Shown here: positions 1 through 13,305 of the stretch, piece after piece | Layout of the letters: each line of letters opens with the position of its first letter | Numbering within the stretch: the first letter of the stretch is position 1 | Assembly: GCA_013265495.1 (NCBI GenBank) | Contig: MU058844.1 | Span: 13,538,184-13,602,183 of the forward strand | Length of the DNA: 64,000 nucleotides | DNA from: Vicugna vicugna | Lineage: Eukaryota | Direction of reading: 5' to 3' | Made by a program: the position numbers and the translations under genes | The notes under the pieces: generated by a model | Database searches by the model: none | The model's input: the letters and a program-made list of their open reading frames with translations, nothing else | What the model was told of the DNA's origin: nothing

Positions 1-1450
1 ACCTGTATTCAACATTATATTGGATGTCCAAGCCAGCATGGTAAGGAAAAGATATGAAAGGTTAAGGATTGGAAAGAAAGAAACAAAACTATTATACAGA
101 GACTACATTATTGATTATGTAAAAATCCTCTGAGAATCTGCACATTAATAGAATTAATAAGTGTTCTGAATGCCTGTTCTATATGATATTAATATCTAAT
201 TATGTTCCTAATTATCTATAATACAGAAAATGTAATTTTAAAAGGTATCATTTAAAATAAGAACACAATTGCTAGATGCCTAGGAATACCTGTTAAATTA
301 TGCACAAGTGTTTGAAATGTTATGGAAAGACATTAAAGAAGACCTAAGTGAGTCGGAAGATCATACCATGTTATGGATAAAAAAAGTCAATACATAAAGA
401 TGTCAGTTCCTGCCAAGTGAATTTTAAATTCACTGCAATCACAATAAAATTCCAACGTGTGTATGTGTGTGTAACTAGAGAACTGATTCTAAACATCTAA
501 TTAACCAACAAAGGGACAAGAATAGCTCTGGCAGTTTTTTTAAAGGACTGAGATGCAAAAAATCTCACTACTAGATATTGTACCTGTGTGTGTATAAATA
601 TATATATATTATATATATATTATATATATAATATATATATACATTTTTTTAAAGCATGATGTTATTACAGGGATAGCTAAGCAAACCAGTGAAACAGCCT
701 AGACAGCCTGTATATGGAAATCGATCTACCACAGAGGAGGCATTGCAAAGCCACAAGAAAGGACAGTTTAATCAATAATCTTGGGACAAATGGTTTTCCA
801 TTTGGAAATAATACAATTTGATTCCCACTTTACACCACACTGGAAAAATCAATGCAAGATGAATTAAAACCAAAATGTAAAAATAAAAGCCTGAAAGCTA
901 TAGGGGAAAAAAAATGAGAGTATTTTATGATCAAATGTTATAAAGAAGAGAGAAAAAATTTTTAAAAGACAGAAAATTACACATCATTAAGGAAGAATGT
1001 TATAAAGTAGAGTATATTAAAATTTTAAATATCTCTTCATCAAAGGATGCCACAAAAAGGTGAAAAGAAAAGCTACATACCGGGAGAAGCTGTTGGCAGC
1101 ACAATGTAATGCTAATTCGTGACTATCTGATTGGTAAAATGTTGACGAGGATATATACTGAGTAAAAAAGCATGTTGTAAAATACGTTCAATATAATACT
1201 TGTGTAAATTAAAATCGCACAAAACAATACTGTATGATATTATGCGTGTATTCATATGTTATTAAATTATAAAGAAATGTAAGGCAAGGACACTTGACAG
1301 CCTTAGGACAGCGACAGTCTTTGGACATAAAGGATTAGAAATTCTGAGAACCAATATGGCAAAATGTTATTCTAGGTAGTAGGCACTAGCCAACAATTTA
1401 TTTTTCCTGTACCTTTCTGTGTGTCTACAATATTTTATAATTAAACAAAA
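1..1450 (+). mobile_element. Ancient degenerate L1 (ORF2 3' part and 3' UTR)
   Basis: A-rich sense strand with L1 ORF2-like segments (TATTCAACATTATATTGGA, ATTAAAGAAGACCTAA, GGGACAAATGGTTTTCCATTTGG); no intact ORF. Confidence 0.75.
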
Positions 1451-3242
1451 TCTAAACAGACATTGACTTTTAAATAAATGATATATATATGCATGTGTGC
1501 CTATATTTGTTTGGAGGAATTTGAAAAACTATGTGCGATACTTCTAGTCAACATTACATTGGATTTTTTAGAAACAGTGGAAAAATTATTCTCACAAAAG
1601 TCTTATGCCTTAATCTGGACAGATTACATACATTACCCAAGTTAACACTATAAACAGTATAGTTAAAGCTATACTTGGTAAACAGCTTTGATCACTAAAG
1701 AATGAACAACCGTGTTCTCAGCCCTGGTGTCCCTCTGTGTCTCTGCGTGATGCTCTCTCTGAAGGCGATAGGGGAACAGAAGATGGTCAGGATGGAACTG
1801 AAAATTGAAGGTAGATTAATCTAGTCTCCTAACAAATTGAATTACTGAAAATGTCAAAAAGCCTGTGCCTCACTTACTGATATTAGTCAATTCAGGATAA
1901 AGCAGAGAGTTGAGGATGGCAGAGTCAAATTTATGCTTGGGGAGATTTTGGCTTACGTTTTTCTTTTAAATGGTGATGCAGGAGAAGGCATGAAGAACAG
2001 GGCTATTTCAGTATTTTTGTGTCTCGGTCACACCCGGCTGCCCCTCTTTAGGTAGGGAGACTCCAGCCTTGCGTGCTTGCTAATGAGGTGTCCAGCTGCT
2101 AAGTACCCTTGGGTGTTCCCTCTTCACTCTCCATAAACCGGATTTAGGAATGTCTACAGGGGAGGCAGGAATGTCTCAAAGGCGCTGTTGGCGAAGCTGG
2201 TGAAAGATGTGGTTTGTCTGAATGAAAGTTACGGGCACAGTGGTTTTCTGCCATTTGGCACGGGACTCTCAGGCTCTGCCAGATCCCCTCCTCTCAGCCC
2301 TGTTCCTCTCACAGTCCCTGGCAAAGAAGGCCACCAGCTCCTCTGATTCCCCTCCTCCCCCACCTGTGTTTACTTCTGCGATAGCCCTTGCCGCTTGGAA
2401 CATGGTGTGTGTCTTCAGAGTTCTATGTTGCGGATTTGAGGCTCTATTAGGGCCAGAACTGCATCTTAACAAATATTCAGGTGACTTGCTCATTGCAGAC
2501 GTAGGATGTTTGTGAGAAAAACATAGCTTTTGAATGGGTACAATTAAAAACAGAAATTATAGAATCACATATTTTTTAAAAAAGTCTTTATTCCGATTTA
2601 GTGATCCGGGAAAACACACACATATACACACACATGGGTGAATATATTTTTGAAACTGCTTTTTTTAAATATTAGTATCTCTGTTACATCTTCCCTAAGT
2701 TGTTGTAGCATTCTATATTACTTTTTTACTTTTTTTTTTATCAAAGTATAGCTGGTTTACAATGTTGTGTTAATCTATATTACTTTTTAAAAATATTCTA
2801 AATTGTGACAAAGCTTTGTTATTTAAGGGTGAATGTGAATTTTGGAATTAGCTGAGTGCTACATAGAGTTCATTTTAATCAAAACATAGCAAAGCCATCT
2901 CATGGGATCTTTCAAATCTGCCAAAATTTTATTTAAAATGCATGAGTTTCTCCCTAGTCCTGGAGAGAAAATGTTTATCAAGAATGTCTACACCAATCTA
3001 GGACTGCTTAACTCGGACTCCTTTACATGAAAGATAAGTAAACTGTCTAGTTTAAGCTGTGACTATTTAGAGTTATTTTTTAATTTGTAGCCAAACAAAA
3101 TTAATTAATAATAAATAATATATAGAGGACCCAAGAATATGTCCTATGTCAACAAAGTGGTAGATATCAACTTTTTATCTACCCTGAAGTTCAGAAAATT
3201 GTGATTTAGTATCTTCAGAAATTTTACCTTTTTTAACATTAT

Positions 3243-3362
3243 TTTTGGAGGGGCAGGTAATTAGGCTTGTTTATTTTTGGAGGAGGTACTAGGGATTGAA
3301 CTCAGGACCTCATGCATACTGAGCATGCACTCTACCATTTGAGCTATACCTATACCTCCCCC
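3243..3362 (-). mobile_element. tRNA-derived SINE (camelid Vic-1-like)
   Basis: Reverse complement reads GGGGAGG..TATAGCTCAAATGGTAGAG (A box)...GAGTTCAATCCC (B box)...CCTAATTACC. Confidence 0.85.
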
Positions 3363-4362
3363 TTAGGAACTTCTTTATTCTTCCTGTTCTGTAGTGACAA
3401 AATCTGAAATAATTTACTGTCTCTCTTTGCAAGAGTTTCTGGCTACCCCCAGCATGCCTAGGGTAATCAGGGACATCTGTTGAACTCATTTCTTTTATCA
3501 GTTTATATTTTCATCTATAATTAAAGTTTGAATTCACGAATAATGAATGCCAGTCAACTATAACCTAAAAATTCTGAAGGCCTGTTGTTGACCAAATAAT
3601 TTTTTATGATTTTTGTTTAAATTTATTTCTAAGAGTTTTTGTTTGGATTATTGTTACTAAAAAGCATTAATCTATTGTTATTAAAGTGTCTAGGTTCTAT
3701 GTGTGGTGTCAGCAGAAACCCAAAACTACCTTTGAGAATTGATGAAATTTGTTTCTTGTTCTACGTTTCTGCTCTTTCCTGCTTGAGAATGTTAGATTTT
3801 AATGAATAATTCAATGGCTTAAAGTTAATTCCCATACCAACACTATCCCACTTTAACAAACCAAACAACCCTAATAAATAAATAACAAAGAAAACCCAGG
3901 CAATTTGAGGTCTTTTCATAATGCTAATAATACTGTGGCCAAAAACAAGATGTGGAAACTCAGAAATTAGTACAGAGACGTCAGGGGCTTGATGCCTTAA
4001 TGATAGCTGTTGTATTTGGCCCTTCAGAAATGTAGTGAGATTTCAAAAAAAAAAAGCTTCATGTGAATTCCTTTTACCTTCTTTCATAGCATTCATTCAG
4101 TTGATTATTTAATATATGTTTATGACACACCTACTATGTGCCAAACACTAAATTTGACAGTGAGCAAAAATATTTCTTGCCTCCAAGGAGTTCCAATGAC
4201 TTCAGTGAGTCTAGTAAGTTTACATTTCATCTATTAAAAATATTACTGATGATCACTTACCCATAAAGACTGATGTAACTTAAACAAATGAGAAGAAATT
4301 TTATATCAACCTAAAATAAAATATAGACAGAACTTCAAAGTTAATCTTCTATCATGATAATT

Positions 4363-4438
4363 ATAATAATAGATAATATGTGAAAATCTATAATCATAGA
4401 TAATATGTGAAAAATAATAATAGATAATATGTGAAAAT
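4363..4438. repeat. Three-copy tandem repeat, about 24-27-bp unit
   Basis: ATAAT(A/C)ATAGATAATATGTGAAAA x3. Confidence 0.85.
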
Positions 4439-4446
4439 ATATTATA

Positions 4447-4802
4447 CGTTTTGCTCAGTTTGTGCTGCTGTGACAAAGCACCGTACACTGGCTGGCTTAT
4501 AAACAACAGGAATTTGTTTTCTGCAGTTCCAGAAGCTGGAAGACCGAGAATAGGGGGCTAGCATGGGTGGGCTCCTGATGAAGACCCTTTTCCAGGTTAC
4601 AGATGTCTGTCTTCTTCGTGTATCTTCCCTTGATGGCAAGAAGGTTAAAAGAGCCTTTTATGAAGGCACTAATCCTACTCACGAGGGTTCCACCTCCATG
4701 ACCTAATTACCTCCCAGAGACCCACCTCTCAATACCACCACATTTGAGAGCAGGATTTCGACATATGAATTTTGGAAGGACACAAACATTCAGTCCACTG
4801 CA
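4447..4802 (-). mobile_element. MaLR LTR (MLT1A-like)
   Basis: GGCTTATAAACAACAGGAATTT...GGCACTAATCC...CACAAACATTCAGTCCA hallmark segments. Confidence 0.8.
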
Positions 4803-5124
4803 CAATATATACGGTCTTAGGAGATAATTGCTGTTATTACTCCTTTATACAAATGAGGGAACTGAGCATTACTGAAGTGCCATTATGTGTCCAAAATCAC
4901 ACCACCCAGAAAAATGTAAGTAAGGATTCAAGTCAGGTAGTATGACTCTAGAGCCTAGAGTGGAGGTATTTTCAAAACTCTTTTTGTTTAATAAGGCACA
5001 AGGCACTTCTCATATTCTCCAAATATTTAGATATCTGACATATGGCTTCTCCAGAGTGAGAACTTGTATTTCATATGTCCCAGATGCAGTTTGTGGCAGC
5101 CTTGCATTTTAAAAGCACATATTT

Positions 5125-5217
5125 GGGGGAGGGTATATATGTAGCTCAGTGATAAAGCACATGCTTAGCATGCATGAGGTCCTGGGTTCAGCCCCCAGTA
5201 CCTCCATTTAAAAAAAA
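5125..5217 (+). mobile_element. tRNA-derived SINE (Vic-1-like)
   Basis: GGGGAGGG..GTAGCTCAGTGATAAAGCACATGCTTAGCATGCATGAGGTCCTGGGTTCAGCCCCCAGTACCTCC plus A tail. Confidence 0.85.
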
Positions 5218-8200
5218 TTTTTTTAATTAAAAAAACTAAAACATTTATTTTCAGGCTCAGACTCTATCCCTCTGAATGGGACACAGCACCTCACCATTGA
5301 ATTCAGAGTGGTCACAACTTTGGGTTTCTTAAAATGGAAACTATTTTCATCTCTTTGTTGAGATAGGTTGGTGCTGGTAGCTTTGTTTCCATTTAGTTTC
5401 AATATTTCAATATTCATTGGTTGAAATCTCATACTTAAAAGATAAAGTGCTATGAAAAAACCAAGATGATTTACACCACCCAAACACATAAAAAGCATGT
5501 GCTGATCCATTTCAGGCTCCTGCTAAGTACACCAGGGCTACTCTGAAATTTCTATACACAACCCTTCTGTATATAATCACCACTATTAGTAGGTGTTGAT
5601 AAGTTAGGATGATATTCATCAGTGAGAAACAAAAACCTAGTAAACATTTAAAATATCAGGTTTACTGTAGATTGCCCAAGGCTGAGAGAAAGGCTGGGAG
5701 TCGAACATATTGGTTTTCTAGTCTCAACAGCAGCGAAAACAAGACAGAAGGACTGGAGAAGGGTATTGGAAGAGACTTACAATGGCATTGACTACAGAAA
5801 TCATTTGCATATTTACCTCAGAAACTATGGGAAACATAGGGATGTTTCTATGTCTCTGTTTGTGTGTGTGACTCATCACTTACTTTGGTAATGAAAGGTC
5901 TAAGAAGGTAATTTGAGTTCTTCCTAATCCACTTGGTTACTTCAGGGAGAAAATGATAGGGTGCAGCCTTTTGAAGTGGCACCTATGGAGCATTTGACAG
6001 CTCACTGTGAACTAGAAGACAGAAGTATCCCCACCCAGCTTGGTACACACACAGAAAAGGGGGCCTTTGGGAAACAGGAAGTAAGACCATCTGGGGTACC
6101 ACCGGGACCTTATTCCCAGAGCATTTCCACAAGAGGCTGTTGAGCATCTCAGGATTCTGAATTGGAGCTTCATAGCTGCCACTCTAGAGATGACTGAAGA
6201 CTCAACTATTATCTGTACTTAATCCCTAAGAAGATCTCAAAGTACTGTTTCAGAAAAAGACCTTAAATATGTCATGGGGACTGAAGAGATTTGAATAGAA
6301 TTCTAGTGCCTTATCTGGAAGGAAACTCCAGAATTCATTTAGTCCAAGCCCTCTTACTTTCATCTGAGGAAATTGAACCCCATGAAATTATTTGCACTGG
6401 AATGCCCAGATGAGGATCACTTTGGTGTCTTTTTCTGTTCTACCAGTTAGAAGAAGCAGGAACGCTCCTGCAGTGTACTGCCCCAGCACCGTGCATTTCC
6501 CCCATGTAACACTTCACTGCAAATCCTTGTTTAGTAGCCTTCACCTCTCCAGCCTAAACTCTCATGCAAGTACAGGTTATGTCCATCTCATTAAATTCAC
6601 TATTTTTCTAGGGCACAGTACAACTTGAGGGATAAGTAGACACTTGATGTATTTTTATAAAACAAGTAAATGGAAGAATAGATGGTCTGAAGGATGCTAA
6701 GTGACACCTAATGGGGGTTGTAATCTTTTTTCCCAACCACTAGTATTTTCAAGGCCGTTGTACTCAGATCATCAGCAGATATTGGGAAAAGAGCCACCAC
6801 AGTGTTCGACTAGGGAAGATTTCCTACCTATTCCATTCCTGACCCTACTCATCAGCCACTTTCCCAGGACTGAGGAGCCTTGAAGCCCTTCCTGAGTGTG
6901 AATCTGTGATTAAAGGGAAATAGATCTTTAGTAAAATGTTCCATTGTCTGACACTGACATAGACCCAGAAATTCTGGGTAGAAATTGAGGCAACATATAC
7001 TTTAGAGTGCAGAGTTAAGGAAATTATAATAGTGTCTGTCATGATAAATCCTAAGGAATTGTCATTGATCTGTCCAGGGTGATATGGAATGTGGAACCAG
7101 TCCACACAGTCATACACAGTTCACACAGCTTATACCCGCTATCGAGCTGGAGCTCAGTGATAAAGAAACACCTTATTTCCTTCTTGCCATATCCTTGGGT
7201 TATCTTAGATTTTCAACGGCTTACTTTTGGGAGATGGTGACGTGTTTTTAAGGTTACAGAGGTCATTGTTCTAATTTCATCCCAAACAGAGATGCTGTAG
7301 AATGCTGAGGGCCAGAGAGCACCCTCAGATTGCAGACTGCCTAGTCGGCAAGGCATGGGAGTAGTTGGAAATCTTTCAGCCATTTGTTTCCGAAGGTAAG
7401 GCTGTTTTATAGGAAGAGGAATCATCTGTTGTTGCTATCTCTGAATCTGTTTACAAACCCTTACCTTCATGCAAGATGAGGCACCAGAGAATTAGGAACC
7501 ATACAGATTTTGAAAGATCAGAATGCTTATTTCAGTAACTCTGGAGAGCAGATAAGCTTCTTTCTAGTGGTTAGAGAAGAAAAGGTTTGAATCCTCTTAA
7601 AGCCTATAGTTTCTACCACTTAAAGAGATTATCCTGTAAATCAAATATCATCCTTTTGTTTCCTGTTCAGTTACAGTCTAAAACAAATGGCTCTTAATAT
7701 TAAGCGATTATCCTAGTCATAATTTTTTCTCAGTATCATTTGTTTTAAAACATTAGCAAATCTCAGCTATCGTATGTTCTCATCTTGCCAAATAAAACTT
7801 ATTGTCTCATTACCTTATTTGAATTTTTTCAAATATTGTATCAATAATCCCTTACCCACTTATTCCACAATATGAGATGAACATAAAAAATGAAAAAAAA
7901 CCTCTGTTTGTGTCATTTTTTTTCTTTCTAGGTAATAGCCTTTCATTGAAAACATATTTTTTCTGCTTTTTATTCCTTTATTTTCTACACCTTTTCTTCA
8001 CGTGTTTTCTTTTCTTTTCTGTTTTTAAAAGAATAAAGTCTTTTTAAAGATTTTATTCTTTTAGAGCAGTTTCAGGTTCACAACAGAATTGATCAGAAAA
8101 CACAGAGAGTTCGCACATAGCCCTCTCCACCCACACATACAAGAAGGCATATTTTTCAAAGTATCTACCTGAGGCTTTTTTCGGCAAGGATGTATCACTT

Positions 8201-8542
8201 ATCCCATTAACATCATGGGACTTTACAATGAGTTTCCCGTGAACAGGCATATTACCATGAGTTCTTCTGGTATTAGACTCTAGTTTGTAAAAGGAGTCAA
8301 GTTTGCTGTTTCTTTTCTCTGTCCTTCTGACACCTTTGCCTCAGCAAACTTTAGTCAGTACATCATCAATTTAAAATTTAATATTATTGTTTCCAAAACA
8401 GTGGCTTGATAAATTATAATGGATGCTCAGATATTGCCAATTAATAGTGGCCAAATAAGAAAGTTGTCTTAGGTGACAGGAGAGTTTGAAAAGTCACCGT
8501 TTAAATTTAAAAACATCCAAATTGAATTCTGGCAATAGTGAT

Positions 8543-8897
8543 TGTTCTAGTTCGTTCGAGCTGCCGTAACAATATACCATAGACTGGTTGGCTTATAACA
8601 ACAGTCATTGGTTCTCACAGTTGTGGAAGTTGGGGAGTCCAAGATCAAGGCACTTGCAAATTCAGTGTCTGGGGAGAGCCAGCTTTCTGGTTCATAGGCA
8701 GCTATTTTATCGGTGTGTTCTCAGATGATGGAAGGAGTCAAGGGAGCTCTCTGCCTTCTTTTAGAAGGGCACTAATCCCCTCCACGTGGTTACACCTGAG
8801 CACCTCCCCAAGCCCTCACCTTCTAATACCATCAACATGGGGGTTAGGATTAAATATATATATTTGGTGGAGAAAAGAAACATTCAGATCATAGCAG
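8543..8897 (-). mobile_element. MaLR LTR (MLT1A-like)
   Basis: GCTGCCGTAACAATATACCATAGACTGG...GGCACTAATCCC...AACATTCAGATCATAGCA. Confidence 0.8.
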
Positions 8898-10296
8898 TGA
8901 GCTTCACTTTTCCCAGATTTTATCTAAAGGCAAATAACCTCTTTGTGGGGGAGTGGGGGTGGACCCTACATTTAATTAGCTTCAACCACAAACAAACTTT
9001 GCATTAATTACATTATATATGTATTATATATGTATGTATGTATGTAGTTAATTTTTATTACAACCAATCATGTAATATATTATTTTCCTACTTTACAATT
9101 GAGAAGGTGGAAATGTAGAAAAATTAAGTAACTAAGAAATATTAAGTAACTCATGCTGCTAGGAGGTTGCAGAGGTAGAGTTCAAATGAAGACTCTGGTC
9201 TCTTTACCCAATAACTGCTCATTCAACAAACATTGGTTAAGCATGTGCTATGGGAGGGATATTGTGTGAGAGGCTGAAGAGTCAAAAAAAAAAAAAAAGT
9301 AAGTCTGAGTCTCTGCCTTCAAAGAAGTAACTGTTAATTTTAAAAGAACATGGAAGTGCCTGACAGTGGACTCACGGGACGGCACAGAGAACCATGTTAT
9401 GTATGAAAGGAGTGATTTTGGCATTTGAATTCTCTTATGAAAAATACCCTTTCTTCAGGAGAAAATTAGTAAGTGAAGCCTCCCAGAAATTTAGGACTGT
9501 AGGATATCTAGTTCCTGGTTTCTTTGCTAATTCACTTATTTTCTCTGAGCACAGAAGGGGCCATGGCTCAGATACTGCGTTAACAGACAGGGCGTGGGGC
9601 CAGCACAGCACCTGTTCCCTCGGTGCTAACACACCCACCTGTACCTCCCCCAAAGCTCATTAGGTAGGAGAAGAAACCTTCCTTATCAGATCTGCTTCAG
9701 CGTTAGCAAAGCCACAGGCACGAAGCCCAAAATGGGAAGGCTCCGAACTGTGAGTGTATACCCTTACCAGGAAACTGCTAGTTAGGCTGTGGGTAATTAA
9801 ACTGTATTACAAGCTCAAGGGGGACATTTTCTTTCTTTTTTCTTTCTTTCTTTTCTGCCTATTAGTTTATTGTGGATACAGGAGGCAGGGACCCTTGGAA
9901 AGACTCTGATAATGCTATCACATTTGCAATTGCATTATCATTAGCTGAAATAATCTTTTAGTTGTAGTTTGTTTTCTCCAATTAGGATGTAATCCCTATA
10001 GGTGCCTCACTCAGCACTGCATGTACAGAACTGTGCCAGATGTACAACAGATAATACATTTATTCAACAAATATTCATTGAGCATGAATGAGTGAATAAA
10101 GGGAGGATAAATGCTCTATTTTAACAGAACTTTTGTGAGGCTAAACACTGTATCCTCTAAAAAAGAATTAACCACCTCCATTTTACCAAACTGTGAATTT
10201 TTTTTCTCATTTTATGTCTCTGAAGGAGTAATCTATTTCATTTAGCAAAGAGAGATTGTCAAGAGAGATATGACCCTATTTAAATTGATGATAGGT

Positions 10297-10940
<644 letters not shown>

Positions 10941-12241
10941 GCAATAAGCTGGTTCTCCTTGGGTTGCCTGCCTGCCTTAGAACTGCTGTGACTACGCACC
11001 AGTGTGTGCCGGGCAGGGATGATAATCAAAGCAGTGTGTGAGTTGGGAGGATATTCCACCTGCCTCGCTCCTAACTTGATGCTGCTGACACATTGACATT
11101 CATTAATGGCTTTGGTGTGGCCACAGCTCCAGCCAAATCACTGCTGCCAGACACCTGCCCATCTGTCCTAAAATATGACTAATTGCCATTAGAATGATTC
11201 TTCAGCTTTATTAAACACCTGTCTTCTGCAAAATCAAATGAGATCCAGAGAGACATCCTCATTAATCATCATGGCATCCCTGTTGAGAGTCTGAAGGAGG
11301 TAGGTGTATTCTCATTTTGGAAATGAAGGAGGTGCAACAAAATGAAGTTCTAGGAAGGTTAACCAAGGTCACACAGCGGGTCAGCTAGAATGAAGGGAAG
11401 AGGCAAGGAGGAGAGAGATAACTGAGAATCAGTCTTCTGGGAAAAAGGGAAAGAGAGTCATCAAAATCATTCTTTTCTTTTCTCTTCCAATGCAATATGG
11501 CAACCACTTAAGTATTTTAACATCCTGGAAGATTTTCAGAAATGACAAATTTCTAGTATAATCAAAGGCTGAGCTGTTCCCCCCAAAATTATTGTAATGA
11601 GATGTAATTGTATCAGATTCAAATTTGGCTTCTTTCTAGCTGTGTGTCCTTGGAATGTATTGAAAAGTATAATTTCCAAAGGTTTGTAGTGCAGATTAAA
11701 TGACATGTGGAGTATAATGTACAGGAAGTGGTTCATAATGGACACCGAATCAACGGGAATTGTTGTTGTCATAACTTCTTTGGTCTTAGGGATATTAATA
11801 GCTTAGGGATATTAATAGTTGAAATAGAGAGGATTTTTAAAAGCTTGCTTTCTTTATTCTATACCTAGTGATTTAAAAAAAAAACCAGAATTGATTAAGT
11901 TACCTGGTCTGCATGTTATATATGCAGCTGAGTTTGTACGTTTAGACCAAAATCTGTGTGACGTCAGACCAGTTAATTAGTGTCTCTGGGCGTTAGAATC
12001 CTCATCGGTAACTTGACAGAGCTGGACCAGATGATCTCTAAGGATTTTTGCATCTCTGACATCTGTGGTTCCCTCGAAAGAGAAAAAGCCTTTCAGATCT
12101 TTACTCGTCATCATTCGTGACCATTTTGCCCTCTAGTGGCAAGAATCAAGGAAAACCGTTCCTCCCGAGAAAAAGTTTTGCGTCCTCACCCCATCAAAAC
12201 GTGATAAATGTTTTGCTGAATTCTTGGACTTACTTCAATAT

Positions 12242-12540
12242 TGTTCTAGTTTTGCCTATGCGAAAATCACCCCCAAATTAGCAGCTTGAAATAACAGACA
12301 CGTCTAGAGTTTCCAAGGGTGGGGAACTCGTGAGCAGCTTCGCCGGGTACCTCGGGGTGCTCCAAGCTCTCTCACAAGGCTGATGGCAGGAGGCTTTAGT
12401 TCCTCAGCACATGGACCTCCCCGCAGGGCGGCTGAGGACAGGGGGCTGGATTCCCCCAGGGTGAGCACCAGGGGGAGGGAGGGAGAGACCAAGCCAGAAG
12501 CTGCCATGTCTTTTACAAACTAGTTTCACAAGTAATATGC
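12242..12540 (-). mobile_element. MLT1-type LTR fragment
   Basis: CACCCCCAAATTAGCAGCTTGAAATAACA...GGAGGCTTTAGTTCCTC...GAAGCTGCCATGTCTTTTA. Confidence 0.55.
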
Positions 12541-13173
12541 CCTGAATGAATGAACTTGAATTACATTTCTTCGACATGAGTAAATCTCCAAACTACTCCA
12601 CTAAAAAAGCAAGTTGTACAGGTACATACAGCATTTATTTGTATACAACTTTGCACAGGTATAGTGCATACTTCATGAGCATCTGATGAATATAAAATAC
12701 TTCTAAAATAATTAATATAATTATATACATTTATTAATGTACAAATATGTCATATAAAATATTTAAAGCCTATTTCATTTTGATTAATGATTGTGTGTGT
12801 GTGTACATGGATTGGAGCCATAGAAACAAAAATATGCATGTTAGTGATAAACACCTATCTCGGCATGTTGGTCACCTCCGGGGAAAAGGGGAGGAAAGAG
12901 ATTAGGGAGATGTTCACGGGGGCTTTAGCTGACAATATTTTATGTCTTAAAGTTTAATAACGACTAGAAAGCATTTGTTGTATTAGTCTGTCTACTTTTT
13001 CCTAGGTCTGAAATAGTTTCTTAGAAAAAAACAAATCATATAGTTAGAGAAATAGGACTGTGGAGAGGATGACTTCATTTCACATCTATGTAAGATTTTA
13101 TTATACAAAGATTTATGTAAATCCAGAGCAAAAATGACAAAATGCTAACATTTATTAATAATAGGTGGAAGGA

Positions 13174-13305
13174 GGGGAGGGTATAGCTCAAGTGGTAGAG
13201 CTTCAATCCCCAGAACCTGCTCTAAGAATAAATAAGTAAATAAACCTAATTACTTACCCCCACCAAAACACAAACAAACAAAAAGAATAAAACAAGAAAA
13301 AATAT
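13174..13305 (+). mobile_element. Vic-1-like SINE with internal deletion
   Basis: A box joined directly to TTCAATCCCCAG; AAATAAACCTAATTAC; A-rich tail; flanking A(G/A)GTGGAA repeat. Confidence 0.8.

Noticed and set aside
2040..2515. GC-richer patch with overlapping ORFs (97 aa on +, 74 aa on -)
   Set aside because: No recognisable protein motif, splice structure or retrocopy hallmarks.
4363..4438. Short direct repeats as a CRISPR-like array
   Set aside because: Eukaryotic context and no unique spacers; a simple tandem repeat.
11785..11818. Perfect 17-bp tandem duplication CTTAGGGATATTAATAG (and a 12-bp one near 44053)
   Set aside because: Ordinary slippage or repair duplications with no functional context.
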